Positions 50,176 to 62,769 of a DNA stretch of 64,000 nt are shown here, piece by piece. The notes under the pieces were generated by a model. The model made no database searches, was not told the origin of the DNA, and saw only the letters and a list, made by a program, of their open reading frames with translations. How positions within the stretch are numbered: position 1 is the stretch's first letter; each line of letters begins with the position of its first letter. The DNA is from Sphyrna mokarran (Eukaryota): NCBI GenBank assembly GCA_024679065.1, contig JAGIQG010000015.1:41354001-41418000 (forward strand). The letters run 5' to 3'. The position numbers and the translations under genes were made by a program.

Positions 50176-50970
50176 CTATGTGAAGTGGGCAGCTGTCAAG
50201 ACCTCCCTTCCTGCTCTGCCTTGCCGGGCACTTGTCACTGCAGCAAACCCTCCATCCTCTAGCTCCTCATATGGTCCACTTCGTTTCTCCTCCTTCTCCA
50301 GCTGGTCTCCCTGTTGCTGTGCGATGTTGTGCAGGACATAACACACAATTATGATGCATGAGGCAAGCACAGGATCGTACTGCAGGGGACCCCCAGAACG
50401 GTCCAGGCATGGGAACCGCATCTTGAACAAATTTATGCATCTTTCTACTATGGACCAGGTGGCAGTGAGGGCCTCATTGTAATGGGTCTCCACCTCAGTC
50501 TCGGGCCTCTGTACTTGCGTAGTCAACAATGATCTCAGCAGGTAGTGTTTGTTCTCCACGAGCCATCTCAGCAGTCTGGGCTGGCCTTCAAAGAGCCAGG
50601 GATGTCTGACTGCGTCAGCACATGGACACTCCGTGGACAACATGCACAGACCTGATGATCATCCAGTGGTCACAGACAATCTGTACCTTCAGGGAGTGGA
50701 AACCCTCATAGTTAATGAATGGTTGCCCCTCATCTTGCAAGGGCCACAGGGCAATGTATGTGCTATCCATTGCCCCCAGATTTGGGGCGTCCCTGCAATT
50801 GCCATGAAGCCTGTAGCCCGGTTATGCTGCTGAGTCAGCCCAATATCAAAATAGATTTATTGACCTGCCCAAGCATACAAGGCATTCACAACCTGGCAAA
50901 CACATCTGTGGACAAAGGCCAGGGATATTCCACAGAAGTGCCTGAAATGACCCTGTTGTATACAGGTTAA
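50176..50970 (-). pseudogene. Harbinger (HARBI1-like, DDE_Tnp_4) transposase, disrupted
   Basis: YNEALTATWSIVERCINLFKMRFPCLDRSGGPLQY...IIVCYVLHNIA. Upstream remnants GFHSLKVQIVCDH and IAGTPQ lie in other frames. Confidence 0.85.
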
Positions 50971-51044
50971 GGGCCGCCCTCACCTTAACTTCTTCTGGGA
51001 ATGGGCGGCTCCTCTGAAGTGCCAGTTGTGTGATACCTCACACA

Positions 51045-51205
51045 GTACAAAAGACGTGCTGGTTAAGTGCATTGACCATGCTGAATTCTTTCTCGATGTA
51101 CCCAAACAGGTGCCAAAATGTGGTGACTAGGAGATTTACACAGTAACTTTATTGCGATCTTAATGTAAGCCTACTTGTAACACCAATAAATAAACTTTAA
51201 ACTTA
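51045..51205 (+). mobile_element. V-SINE 3' half with alternative tail
   Basis: Matches 43715-43850 and ends aataaataaactttaaactt. Confidence 0.75.
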
Positions 51206-51399
51206 AAAGGCTGAAACGTTTTCAAACATCTTTAGCTAGATCCCTTTCAGCTTCCTCCTGAGGTCACCAGTTTCGTAGATGCCAACCTTAAGTCAATTTG
51301 TTCACTCAGCTTGGTATCCAGAAATGACTGAAGGCATGAAATACATGAAAGGATATGGGCTCTGGCAACCGGACTATAGTACTGATAACTTGCTCTCCA

Positions 51400-54300
51400 G
51401 AAGTAACCATATTTATAGCCCACCTGTTTCAATACCGCCACAACATTGGCATATATCTGACAATATGGAAAATTGTCTAGCTGTGTCTTACCCACAATAG
51501 CAGGATAAATCCAAGTCAGCCAATTACCACTCCATCATTGACTGCACATTTGTTGTCAGCAAATTATCTAAGGGGTTAGCGACAGTGTTATCAAGCAGAA
51601 CTTACTTAGCAGCAAATGTTTTACTACATATGAATAGGAGTAGGTCACTTGGTCCTTCAAGCCTCCATTGCTATTCAGTAAAATCATTGCTGGTCGATTG
51701 TAACTTCAACCCCACGTCCCTGAGTTTCACATATGTATTGGTGTTCAATTTGGGTTCTGCCAGGACCTGGCTTTAGTCTTTGTCTATGTTTGGATCAAGG
51801 CTGCAATGAAGCTGAATTCCAGTGAGATGAGTGACTGCCCTTGACAACAAGGCGGAATTTGGCCAAATGTGACATCATGGAGTCTCAGCAAAATCAAAAT
51901 AAATAGGAATCTGAGGGAAAACTTCATCTGTTGGATTCATACCTGGCGCAGAGGAAGATGTTTGCTGTTGTTGAAGGCCAATCATCTCAGCCCCAAAATG
52001 TTGCTGCCAGAATGCCTCAGGGTCGTGTCTTAGGCTCAGCCATCTGCAGCTGCTTCGTTAATGGTCTTCCATTGAAAAATCAGAAATGGGGATGTTCAGT
52101 GATGATTACTACTACTCATAATTCCTCAAACACTGAGCAAGACCTGCATACATGTAGCAAAACCCAGACCACATTCAGGCTGGCACTGGGAAGTGATGTG
52201 CATGTCATACAATGCCAGGTAATAACCATATCCAATAAGAGAGAATCTAACCAACTGATTGGCAGTGCTATTGCTGGATTCCCTGCCGTCAACATGCTGA
52301 GGAATTGAACTGTTCCAGCCATATAAAAATTGTGGCTGGAAGAGCAGTTCAGAGTGGCGAGGAACTCGAAGCCTGACCACCATCTTCAAGGCACAAGTCA
52401 GGAGTAAATTGGAAACTCTTCAGTTGTCTGCATGCATGCAGCTGCAACAACATTTACAAAATTTGACACCATTCAAGGCAATGCAACCCATTTGAATGCC
52501 ATGCCATGCACCACCTTAAACATTTAGAACATAGAACATTACAGCGCAGAACAGGCCCTTCGGCCTTCAATGTTGCGCCGACCAATTAAGAAAAAGCAAT
52601 GCCCCTCTCACCTAAACCATTCCCTTTTCATCCATAAACTTATCTACTAACCTCCTAAACGCCGCCAAACTTGGCACATCTACAACTGCAGCAGGCAGGG
52701 CATTCCATACCCTTACCACCGTCTGGGTAAAGAACCTATCTCTGACATCCGTCCTATAACCACCACCCCTTAATTTAAAGCTATGTCTCCTCGTGCTAGC
52801 TTTCTCCATCCTAGGAAAAAGGCTATCACTATCCACCCTATCTAAACCTCTAATCATCTTATATGTTTTGATCAGGTCCCCTCTTAGCCTCCTCCTTTCT
52901 AACGAAAACAACCTCCAATCCCTCAGCCTCTCCTCATAAGACCTGCCCTCCATACCAGGCAACATCCTGGTAAACCTCCTCTGTACCCTCTCCAATGCCT
53001 CCACATCTTTCTTATAATGTGGGGACCAGAACTGCACACCATACTCCAAGTGCGGCCGCACTAGAGATTTGTACAGTTGCAACATGACGTTGCGGCTCCG
53101 AAATTCAATCCCCCTACAATAAAAGCTAAGACTCCGTATGCCTTCTTAACAACCTTATCGACTTGATTGCCAACTTTCAGGGATCTATGCACATATACAC
53201 CAAGATCCCTCTGTTCATCAACACTATTAAGAGTCCTACCATTAGCCCTATACTCTACACATTTGTTACTCCTGCCAAAGTGAATTACCTCACACTTTTC
53301 CGCATTGAACTCCATTTGCCACCTCTCGGCCCAGCTCTGCAACTTGTCCAAGTCTCTCTGCAAACTATAACACCCCTCTTCACTATCTACCACTCCTCTG
53401 ACTTTGGTGTCATCCGCAAATTTACTAATCCATCCTTCAAAACCCTCATCCAGATCATTTATAAAAATTACAAACAGCAGGGGCCCCAAAACAAATATTT
53501 CTTGCTATCTCAGTGACCCAACCCTTGGGCTGCTTGTGGCCCAAACTGTCTTTCCTGTGACCCTCTCAGTTATCTGCCTCCCACTCATTTGTTGCTTCCC
53601 TCCTGCTCAATTGCCCTCTTGCTTTCGAGTTTCTTCATTGATCCATCTGCTTGCAACTCCCTTTGCTCCCTGTGGCTGCACGCTACACTCCTGAGCCCAT
53701 GCAAAGGTTTGGGAGAGGATAGCAGTGAGCAAAAAAGGACAGAGAACGGGACAGTTGAGAAGAAAGTGGCAAGCAAGAGTAGCAGTGAGCGGGTGGTAAG
53801 TAGAAAGAATTCGTAAGCTATTAAGCATTAGTAAGCTTTTCTAAGTTAGTCAGCCATTAAAGTGAGTAGGCTATTTAGATTTAGTAAGCTATTAAACACA
53901 ATAGAAACTGTAGACATGGAGTACTATATACAGTTACTGATATGTTCATCTTTCATAATTATTTTTTGTGTTTTACCAACCAAGGTACCTTTTTGAAGAA
54001 ATGAATTGTAATGAATCTATAAATATTTTTAAAATTTTGCTTGCAAATCAGTTAAGAATTTCCAATATCCAAATTGGCCATCACTATTTTGCTGGTCAAT
54101 AGCGTGATCTATGAGATGTACTGCAGCAACTCACTAAGGTTCTTTTTCAGCCTTATCAGTTTTCAAACTTGCAACCTGTACTACCTGGATAAGCAAGGGC
54201 AACAGATGCATGAGAACACCATCACTTGCAAGTTCTTCTCAAAATTACATTGCATCCTGACTTGATATTACATCATTATTGCTAGGCCAAACTCCTGTAA

Positions 54301-54440
54301 CTTCCTAAAGCACTGGGTGTAACAACCTAATATGGACTGCAGTGGTTGAAGAATGCAGCTCATCACCACCTGATCTAGGGCAAATTGGATCAGCAATAAA
54401 TGCTGGCTTTGCCAGTGACACTCACATCCCAGGAACAAGT
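51400..54440 (+). mobile_element. Old CR1/L2-clade LINE split by insertions (pieces about 51400-52525 and 54075-54440)
   Basis: DKSKSANYHSI, WLDSYLAQRKMFAVVEGQSS and PQGRVLG motifs; tail caataaatgctggctttgccagtgacactcacatccc. Confidence 0.65.
52526..53487 (-). mobile_element. Young 5'-truncated CR1 LINE with one frameshift
   Basis: GPLLFVIFINDLDEG..ISKFADDTK..WQMEFNAEKC (53061-53489) and LYKSLVRPHLEY (52612-53085). Near-identical to 48829-49468. Confidence 0.95.
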
Positions 54441-55545
54441 AAAGTTGCTGCTGAAGCAAATTATACACAATATCCATGACTGTGCATAATCATAGAATGG
54501 CCAGTGCAGAAGGAGGCCATTTGGTCCGTTGAGTCTGCACCAGCTCTCCGACAGAGCATCCCACCCAGGTTCTATCTTCATAACTCCATATATTTACCTG
54601 CTAATGCCCCTAATCCACACATCGTGAGCCACTAAAAGTAATTTTGTATGCCATTCAACTTAACCTGCACATTTTTGTAACACTTGTACACACTAACTTG
54701 GTAAAACTGTATAATCTCTCATATCTATCCAGGATGCAACTAGCAGAACAAATGACCTTTTTTGTCTAAATGCCTCCATGCTGCTCTCATTCTTGAAACG
54801 TTTCCACACCTCGATAATATCTCATCCATTCCTAACCTGGTTGTTCTTACAATTACTTTATACATGAAGTCCAGGACTCCCTTCAGCGTCCCCTCTCATC
54901 AAAATCCTGACCATCTGAATTCTACTGCTTAGTCAAAGTATTAAAAAATGTTTCCTTCCAATTACATTCCTATTGGCTTCCATCCAACCCAGAGAATTGA
55001 AACTACACTGTCAAAGTCACAAATAATATCCTTTGTAACTGTGCCTAGCTGTCTCGTTGATTCTACTCAATTTCTTCACTACCCTTGACATCGCCTATTA
55101 AAAGAAGAAAGGATGAAAGACTTGCATTTATGTAGCTCCTTTCATGATCTCAGGAAGTTACAAAATGCTTTACAGCCAAAAAAGAATTTTTTTATTTGAG
55201 CTGAGTTACTGTAGGAAACATGCCAGCTAATTTGTACCAGCAAGGCCTCCACAAACAGCAGTGACATAAATGACTTGATATTTTGTTTTCTTTCATGTGT
55301 TGGTTCCAACTTATCTCTAATGCAGTATAGCCCCGAGCAGGTGCTCTTTCTTGGTTCCACTCACGAGTCTAACCAGGACTTATTTAATATTGGGATTCAT
55401 TAGCTCCAGAAACAAGATACTCATATGAGGACTCCACTGTGTCAGTCTTCAGCCTATTTTACTTCTTTACTTCACATTGAATAAATGGCACAGAAACAGT
55501 CCATTTGGCCTAACTATTCTGTGCTGGTGTTTATTAACTCCAGAG

Positions 55546-55915
55546 TCATGGCACAGTGAGTAGCACTTTCACCTCTGAATCAAGAGGCTGTGGTTCAACT
55601 ACCACTTCAGAAATTTGAGCACCAAAATATAGATTGACACTCCATTGCAGTACTGAGTGAGTGCAGCACTGTTGCAAGTGTTGATTTTCAGCTGTCATGT
55701 TAAATTGAGGCCCAAAGGCCTTGTCTACTCTTTCTGGTTGACATAAAAGATCCCATGGCACTATTGAAGAAGAGCAAGGAAGTTATCCTTGGACCACTGG
55801 TCACTGCTCATCTCTGAATGAACATCACCAAAAATACACAGTCTGATCTTTATCAATTGTTGTTTGTGGGATCCTGCTGTAAACTACAGCTGTGACTTCA
55901 GAAAGTACTTTTTTC
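55546..55915 (+). mobile_element. Deu-domain SINE (SacSINE/AmnSINE-like)
   Basis: tRNA-like head; cagtactgagtgagtgcagcactgttg...gttaaattgaggccc...aaaagatcccatggcactattgaagaagagca. Confidence 0.75.
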
Positions 55916-56314
55916 TGCAGGTCTTTCTTTCTTCCATCATAACACAAGTCTCGAACTCAACTGAGTTGAAGAAAGAAAGCATGTCTTTAGCGTGTCTTTC
56001 AAATGCTCTTTTTTTTTAACTTGCCAAATTTCCCCTTGAAGGCATCCCAGCTACTTGCGCAACCATTTCAACCATTCTGATCAAAGAAATTCATCCTTAT
56101 TTTCCTATTAGATTTAACTTCTTGTGTTTATGGTCTCAAGTTTGGAATTGTCCACAATTGAAACCACTAGGGAGAATTTTAACCAAAAAAAAGAGTTTTG
56201 GGGAGTGGGAGGTGGGGGCGGGGGGGGGGACATATTTAATATCATGGACATTTGTTTCCTGACCCAAATTCTCCTCCAACATTTCCATTCCCAGCTGCCA
56301 GGTAACTTGATAAA

Positions 56315-56645
56315 GATGGCTGATTAGCACTGCTGTCTCACGGCACCAGCAACCCGAATTTAATTCCAGCCTTGGGTGACTGTGTGGAGTTTACATATTC
56401 TCTCCTTGCTTGCACATGTTTCCTCTGTGTGCTCTGGTTTCCTCCCACATTCCAAAGATGTAGACATTAGGTGGATTGGCCACAGTAAATTGCCCTATAG
56501 TGTCTCATGATATGTAGGTTAGAGGGATTAACAGGGTAAGTACGTGGGGTTACAGAGATAGGACTTGGGTAAGATACTCGCTGGAGGGACAGTGCAGACT
56601 AGAAGGATCAAATGGATTATTTATGCACTGTAGAGATTCTATGTG
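56315..56645 (+). mobile_element. HE1-like V-SINE
   Basis: ttagcactgctgtctcacggcacc; V-domain; tail gcactgtagagattctatg. Confidence 0.85.
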
Positions 56646-56659
56646 ATGAATTCAGAAAA

Positions 56660-57380
56660 TGAGGGCCTTTTCACCTAATTGCTGGAAATAAGGGAATGCT
56701 TGAGTAGCCTCTGCAATTGGGCACCTCCCCATGCCAGTGACAAGCCTGCCACCCATGCTCCACTTTGTCTCGTGCCTCTTAGTCCTTTTTATATGGATAT
56801 TGGAGGCCAATGATATACACACTACTCTTAAGTGCAACTGATATAGATTTAACATAATTTTGCAAATTTAAAATTCTTTACCCTTAGAAATAAATCCTAG
56901 TGCTTTAACATTAATTGTTTTGTTAACTGACCATCTGCTTTTAGTGATTCATTTGCTTGTATCCATTGATCCCTTTGCTCCTTAATGTAGATGATGTTTC
57001 TATTTTCTCCACCAAAGCCCATCAAGTTGTATTTATGTTCATTTCCCACTTAATTGCCCAATCTGCAAGTTTTCTTGTATTATGTTTTATTCTTCTTCAG
57101 AATAAGCTGCACTGGCCATCTCCTGCACCCAGTTTAGTATTGTTAATGTTACGGAATCCTTAGTCTAAGTCACTGGTGCAAATTATGAATAACAGAGACC
57201 CCAGTACTGATTCTTGGGAAACCCTGCTTTCTCCCTCACTCCAGTCTGAATAACTATCTCTTGTCCCTACTCTATTTCACTTGCTGCCATTTGTCATTGT
57301 TTCAGCTATTTATCACTTGACTGTATGCTGTAACCTTTTCCATGACTGATACTGTTGGATGATACCTTAAAGCACCTTCT
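56660..57380 (-). mobile_element. Old CR1-like RT fragment
   Basis: Reverse complement of cagagaccccagtactgattcttgggaaacc gives a GVPQGSVLG-like motif; weak FADDTKLG-like region. Confidence 0.45.
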
Positions 57381-58139
57381 ATAAAGTAACAGTTTCTTTC
57401 AAGATGTTTGTGTCCTGGTGATCTATTTTCTGCTGGCATTCCTCTCTACTTGTTGGGATGTCTGTTCTGTCTGTAATACTGCTGGGTTCAATTGTCTGAA
57501 TCTTGAACTGTGGCAGGGCTGTTGTCAGTGCTGGTGCTTTCTTGATAGAATGAGAATTATCCAGCAATGACAGCAGCACTGAGAACACATCAACCAAGCT
57601 TACAAATTTCAAACACTTCAACCAAACAAAAGCACAACCTACAGAACTGTCTGTTACCCCCTGAATCAACAGTAGCTGAATCAAGACCACAATGTGGTAT
57701 ATCAAAAAGGTCAGAGAGCGGAATTTTCCCAAAAATGACTAATTTCCCTCTTAATTACTCTGGTGGAAAGTCCTTCAAGTTGATTTATGTTCAGTTGTTT
57801 GATAATAAGAGGTGTTGGCTGGAGCATGGAGCTTCAAAATGGCATAACTGGAATCAAATCATCACTGCACATGAGCTGATGTCATGATTTACATGCTCTG
57901 CTTACGTCCAGTTGTTGTTAATTCATGTGCATTCACCTCATAGATGCCATATTGGAACCTTAAGGTCACTCAGACCTCCCAAAAAATGGATGTGACTCAG
58001 CTCAATTTGTCATCCAGATAATTAGGATAACCCTGATAAAGATAGCATGCGCAGGCGCCATAAATGGTCTTTGGCATGCGTTTTTTTGTCATCCTCAGTG
58101 CTCCCTTGCCATCTTACGTGTTTCCTCCAAGTGGTGTTC

Positions 58140-59705
58140 CATGTTGAACACTGAGGATACCAATGGAGCAGAATGTACTCCTCGTCGAGGACCTTAATGT
58201 GAGTTGTTCCTTAAGGACATAGTTACTAGACTGGATCTGTGTAGATGGTGAGAGAATCAATAAGCGGGAAAGACATATTTGACTTTATTTCACCAATGTG
58301 CCTGCCACAGATATATCTGTCCATGATCACAGCACAATCCCTTGTGGGCATTAAGTCCTGTCATCACTTTGAGCATATCTTTCGTCCTGTGGTATGGCAG
58401 TACTACAGTGCTAAATGGAAGAGATTCCAAACAGATTGAGCAACCTAAGACTGGGCAGCCATGAGGCACTGTGGGCCATCAGCAGTAGCAGAATTGTACT
58501 CAACCACAATCTCTAACCTTATGGCTTGGAATATTCCCCATTTTATCATTACCACCAAGTCAGAAGATCAACTCTGGTTCAATGAAGGATGCAGGAGCAT
58601 ATGCCAGGAGCAAAATCAGGCAAATCTAAAAATGAACTGTCAACCTGCTGAAGCTACAATACAGGACTACTTGTGTTCCAAGCTGCATAATCAGCAAGTG
58701 ACAGATGGAACAAAGCGATTCCACAATCAACCAGTCAGACCTAAGCTCTGCAGTTTTGCCACATTTAGTTGTGAATGGTGGTGGACAATTAACAACTCAT
58801 TGGAGGAAATGGCTCCTCAAATATCTCCATCCTCACTGATAGAGGGGCCCAGTACATCAGTGAAGAAGATGAGACTGAAGCATTTGTAATGATCTTTAGC
58901 CACAAGTTCCAAGTGGATGATCCATCTTGGCCTTCCCCAGAGATTCTCAGTATCTTCAGCAAATTAGATTCATTCTGCGATATCAAGAAATAGCTGAAGA
59001 CGCTTAATATTACAAATTCCTGGCAATACTACTGAAATGTGTCCTAGGACTTGCTGTGCCCCTCGCCAAGCTGTTCTAGTGCAGCCCCAGCACTGTCACC
59101 TACTTTACCCTAACTTCCTAGATATGTCCTGTTCACAAGAAAAAGAACAATTCCAACCTGGTCAGTTACTGACCCATCAATGTACTCTGGATCATCAATA
59201 ATGCGATAGAAGGGGTCATCATCAATTCAATTAAGTAACACTTACTTAGCAATAACTTGCTCACTGACACTCAGTTGAAGGTCACTCAACTCCTAATCTC
59301 ATTACAGTTTTGGTTCAACATCAGATTAAAGTCCAACAGGTTTATTTGGAATCACAAGCTTTGGGACCGCTGCTCCTTCATCAGGTAGTCCAACGCTAAC
59401 ATCACCTCAAGTCTTGGTTTGAACAAGGGACTGGGTAGCATTTGACCAAGTCTGGCAAAAGAAACCTTAGCAAATCTGTTATCAGTCAAATCACGGGAAA
59501 ATTCTGTGCTGGTTTATGTCATACTCAGCATAAAGGAAGATGGTTGTGGTTATTGGAGCTCAATCATCTCAGTTCCAGGAGATCCTCAGGGTAATGGCCA
59601 ACCATCTTCAGCTGCTTCATCAGTGTCCTTCTTTCCATCATAATGTTGCAAGTCAGGATGTTCTGCACCATTTGCAAGTCCTCAGATAGTAAACAGTCCC
59701 TGTCC
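58140..59705 (+). mobile_element. Old CR1/L2-clade LINE ORF2 remnant (endonuclease end to RT)
   Basis: LLVEDLN, DQLWFNEGCR, EWWWTI, LAVPLAKLF and CPVHKK motifs. Confidence 0.7.
59316..59410 (-). mobile_element. Penelope-like arm with decayed hammerhead, plus a short + strand tail
   Basis: Minus strand: cCTGATGAaggagcagcggtcccAAAGCTtgtgattccaaataaacctgttggactttaa. Followed by agtccaacgctaacatc; ttggtt on both flanks. Confidence 0.7.
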
Positions 59706-59786
59706 GAAGAGTCGGCATGGTGGCACAATGGTTAGCATTTTCCCTTCATTGCTATTTAATTTTCCTGAATTCTTCCTTTCCATTGT

Positions 59787-60200
59787 GTCAGCCATAGCTC
59801 AGTTTGCAACATTTTTGCCTGAGTCAGAAGCTTATAGGTTCAATTCCCATACAAGGATAGAGCAAAGATATCAAGGCTGACATTCCAGTATACAGTACTG
59901 AGGGAATGAATGCTACATTGTCGGAGGTGCTATCTTTTAGATGAGCCGTTAAACAGTCTATTCTTTCAAGTGGCTTAAAACTACCCCAAGGCATGATTTT
60001 GAAGGAAGTTACCCATGGCATTCTGATCAATATTTATCTGTGACTCAACATTGTAAAAACAGATTCATGTGATAATCATCACATGACTGTTTGCTGTGTG
60101 AAAATTGTTGCCGCATTTCCTACATTTCAGAAATAGGCTGTGTAGGGCTTTGGAACGTCCTGAGATTTTGAAAGGTGCTATATAAATACAAATCTTTCTT
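59787..60200 (+). mobile_element. Deu-domain SINE, near full length
   Basis: Head gtcagccatagctcag; cagtactgaggg...tgtcggaggtgctatcttttagatgagccgttaaac; tail gaaaggtgctatataaataca. Confidence 0.8.
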
Positions 60201-61099
60201 AGCATGGCAGTCCCATTTAAGACACTCACAGAAGTGTAGGCAGTAAGTGCTATCCTTGAGAGAATTCCTACTTTCAATGTGTATCAACTGGAATTATTTG
60301 CGTGCAGGATATGGAAGGGAACAATTGCTCAATAAAAAAAGACTTGATGGTGCTGATTTTTGTCAGTAAAAGCTGACGCATGAAATGGGCTCTCAAAACA
60401 CAAATAGTCAGTGTGAAATGCTGATAATTAGCATATAACTCATTTGATCCCACTCTGTATGTAAAATGAATTCTTCTGTTATGAATCCTTCCATGAGGAA
60501 CTGCAAAATTATATTCACAATCTCGTCCCAGATGACAAATATGAGAAAATTACTGGATGATCATACCAAGATTAGGTGATCTATTTGGGTCTGGATTATA
60601 TTGTAGTATTAATTGGAGAGTATCCTCTTTGCTGGCAATAGCAAAAATACAATTATTTCCTCTTGTGCCCATGTGGTAAATTTATTCGTCATTTCAGAAT
60701 TGCATACTTCATTGTTCCTCGTCAAGATAGTGCATTTCCCGTAAGTGCTGCTGATCAATGTATTTGATATTCATTACTCTTGGGTCTTTATATTGCCAGT
60801 TTTAAATTGGTGCATGTATAGTGCAATGCTTAAACAGCTGGGCCAAGTTACAATAAGCATATGATGCACAGAACTACCTTTGCCAAAATTGAAATAAGAT
60901 GACTATATGGATCGACTATATTAGAATATTTGGCATCCATCTGCATTCTTTTACATCTGTGCTAAGGTTTTTAGTTATACTGGCATGCTTTTATAGAGTT
61001 ATGTAATAAACTGAACAAAGCCGGGTGACTTAACCTCTTGCATATTCTTGATTAGTAATTTCAGCTAGTTCAGCGCACCACTCTAAATTTATCCAGTGA

Positions 61100-61800
61100 G
61101 GATTAATCTAACATTCGAATCAAGACTGGAATAAAACAGCCATACTCAGGAAATGCTACCTGGGATTTGGATTGTTGCTGAATTCTCTCAAATGTATTAA
61201 ATTCTTCACTAATTTTAAGGACTCTATCAACAGTTATCAGGCTTGTTGCATCCACCACTGAAGGTTGTAGAAGGAATGTTTTTCTCCTGGTTTGTCTGCA
61301 AACAATATCTCTCAAAAAAACTAAAGGATGGGTTTCAACAAATTGGAAGAGCTGTTTTGTTTCGGACAAAGATGAGGATCTGAATCTGGATCCTGGAATT
61401 TTTAAAGGATCTGTAAATATTGGGAGATGGGGCAAGTTAACTTTTTATTAGAATAATGTGGGTTGCTCATTTAGATTGTTGATTGTTTCAGAAGGATGTG
61501 ATGAAATTTGTCACAGTTTTCAAAATGCGGGTTATTGACAGCCGCCAGTATAAAGAAGAGGAGTAGAACCTTGAGGAAGGGAGGAGGCAATATAGATATC
61601 CGCTTTCTGGCCAAGCTTTCCATGAAGAGCTCATCCAAACGTGATACCAGTAACCATAACCTCAGTTCCCCTTTCACCAATAATCTGTCACTACTGCTCT
61701 AGTCATTTTCAGAATATTTCAGGATTCTACTCAATGCACAAGAATCTCTCCCTCCCACAGGCCTTCTTTTTACCTCTTCAAGTTTCCTCTCCCCCCACTG
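61100..61800 (-). mobile_element. Possible L1/Tx1 endonuclease remnant
   Basis: DRLLVKGEL resembles GRxIIVKGEL; highly decayed. Confidence 0.3.
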
Positions 61801-62769
61801 CCCCAGGTACCCATAAGCAAAAAAAATCCCCCTTTTCCTTTACCCTGACCACACAAATAACTCCCCCCCCTCCCCCTTCCACCACTCTGCACAAAGAAAA
61901 ACTAACATGAATAAAAATGAGAAAGCTTCAGGGGACAAGAAGATAACAAGCACTATGTAAGGGCAAGGCATCACAAGAGGCAACAAGGGTTTGACGTGAG
62001 TTGAATGAAAAGTGGCAGAACAAGCAGAAAGGGGGTCATGTCCTCTCTCTGCCCTACCCCAAAAATCTTCCCTCTGTTGGTGACCATCTCAATGTCCAAT
62101 GGACCAAACTGCAAAAATAAAAAGAAACAGAAAATAAATATTCCAAACCAAATTTATCAATTAAATTATTCTATATTGTATACAAAAATTCCCCATATCT
62201 ATTCCTTTAGTGTCTGTCTTCTGTGTATCTTCACAGTCCCTGGCACATCTACACAATGGCTGTAATATGGCTGGTAGAAGGCCATTGACTTTCAATGGAG
62301 AAGATTGCAGATAGGCTAACTCTAATTTAGAAGGCCCAGCTGCAGACTGGGTTGGCTAGCTTATCTGCAACAGCCAGGACATTAGCTGAGTGGCGGGAAT
62401 GGTAGGAAGAATGTTATCACCCTGAAAGAAAACAGAAAGCATTGTTCTCCATGGAGACATTCCCGATCTGGCAGGGCGGTGGCTCAGAAATGTTGTGGGA
62501 GGACAGATTGCTGGTCTGCTGAGATATCTCCAAGCCCCCTTGCATGCTTGTTATGATTTCAGTAGAGACTAGTAACTTTTATTTGAAAAATGGAGAAATC
62601 TAAAATCCTAGCTACCCACTGAAAGAATGAAGCTACAAAGTTTCATGTTTTAAACTTTTTTGTTACTTTAGAAGTCTGACAAAGAAAACACTAAATCATA
62701 TCTTGGCTAAGTAGCTATTAACACTCCAAATCAGTATAAATTAAATGTGAATTGATAGGCGAATTGCGC

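Larger units (their letters stand above)
47653..51030. mobile_element. Decayed PIF/Harbinger transposon: Myb/SANT gene on +, transposase on -
   Basis: Left terminus ggccagaattctcc; both hallmark genes recognisable; right end not found. Confidence 0.75.

Noticed and set aside
50176-50643. Host HARBI1 gene
   Set aside because: Frameshifts, degenerate catalytic motifs and the transposon context indicate a dead TE copy, not the domesticated gene.
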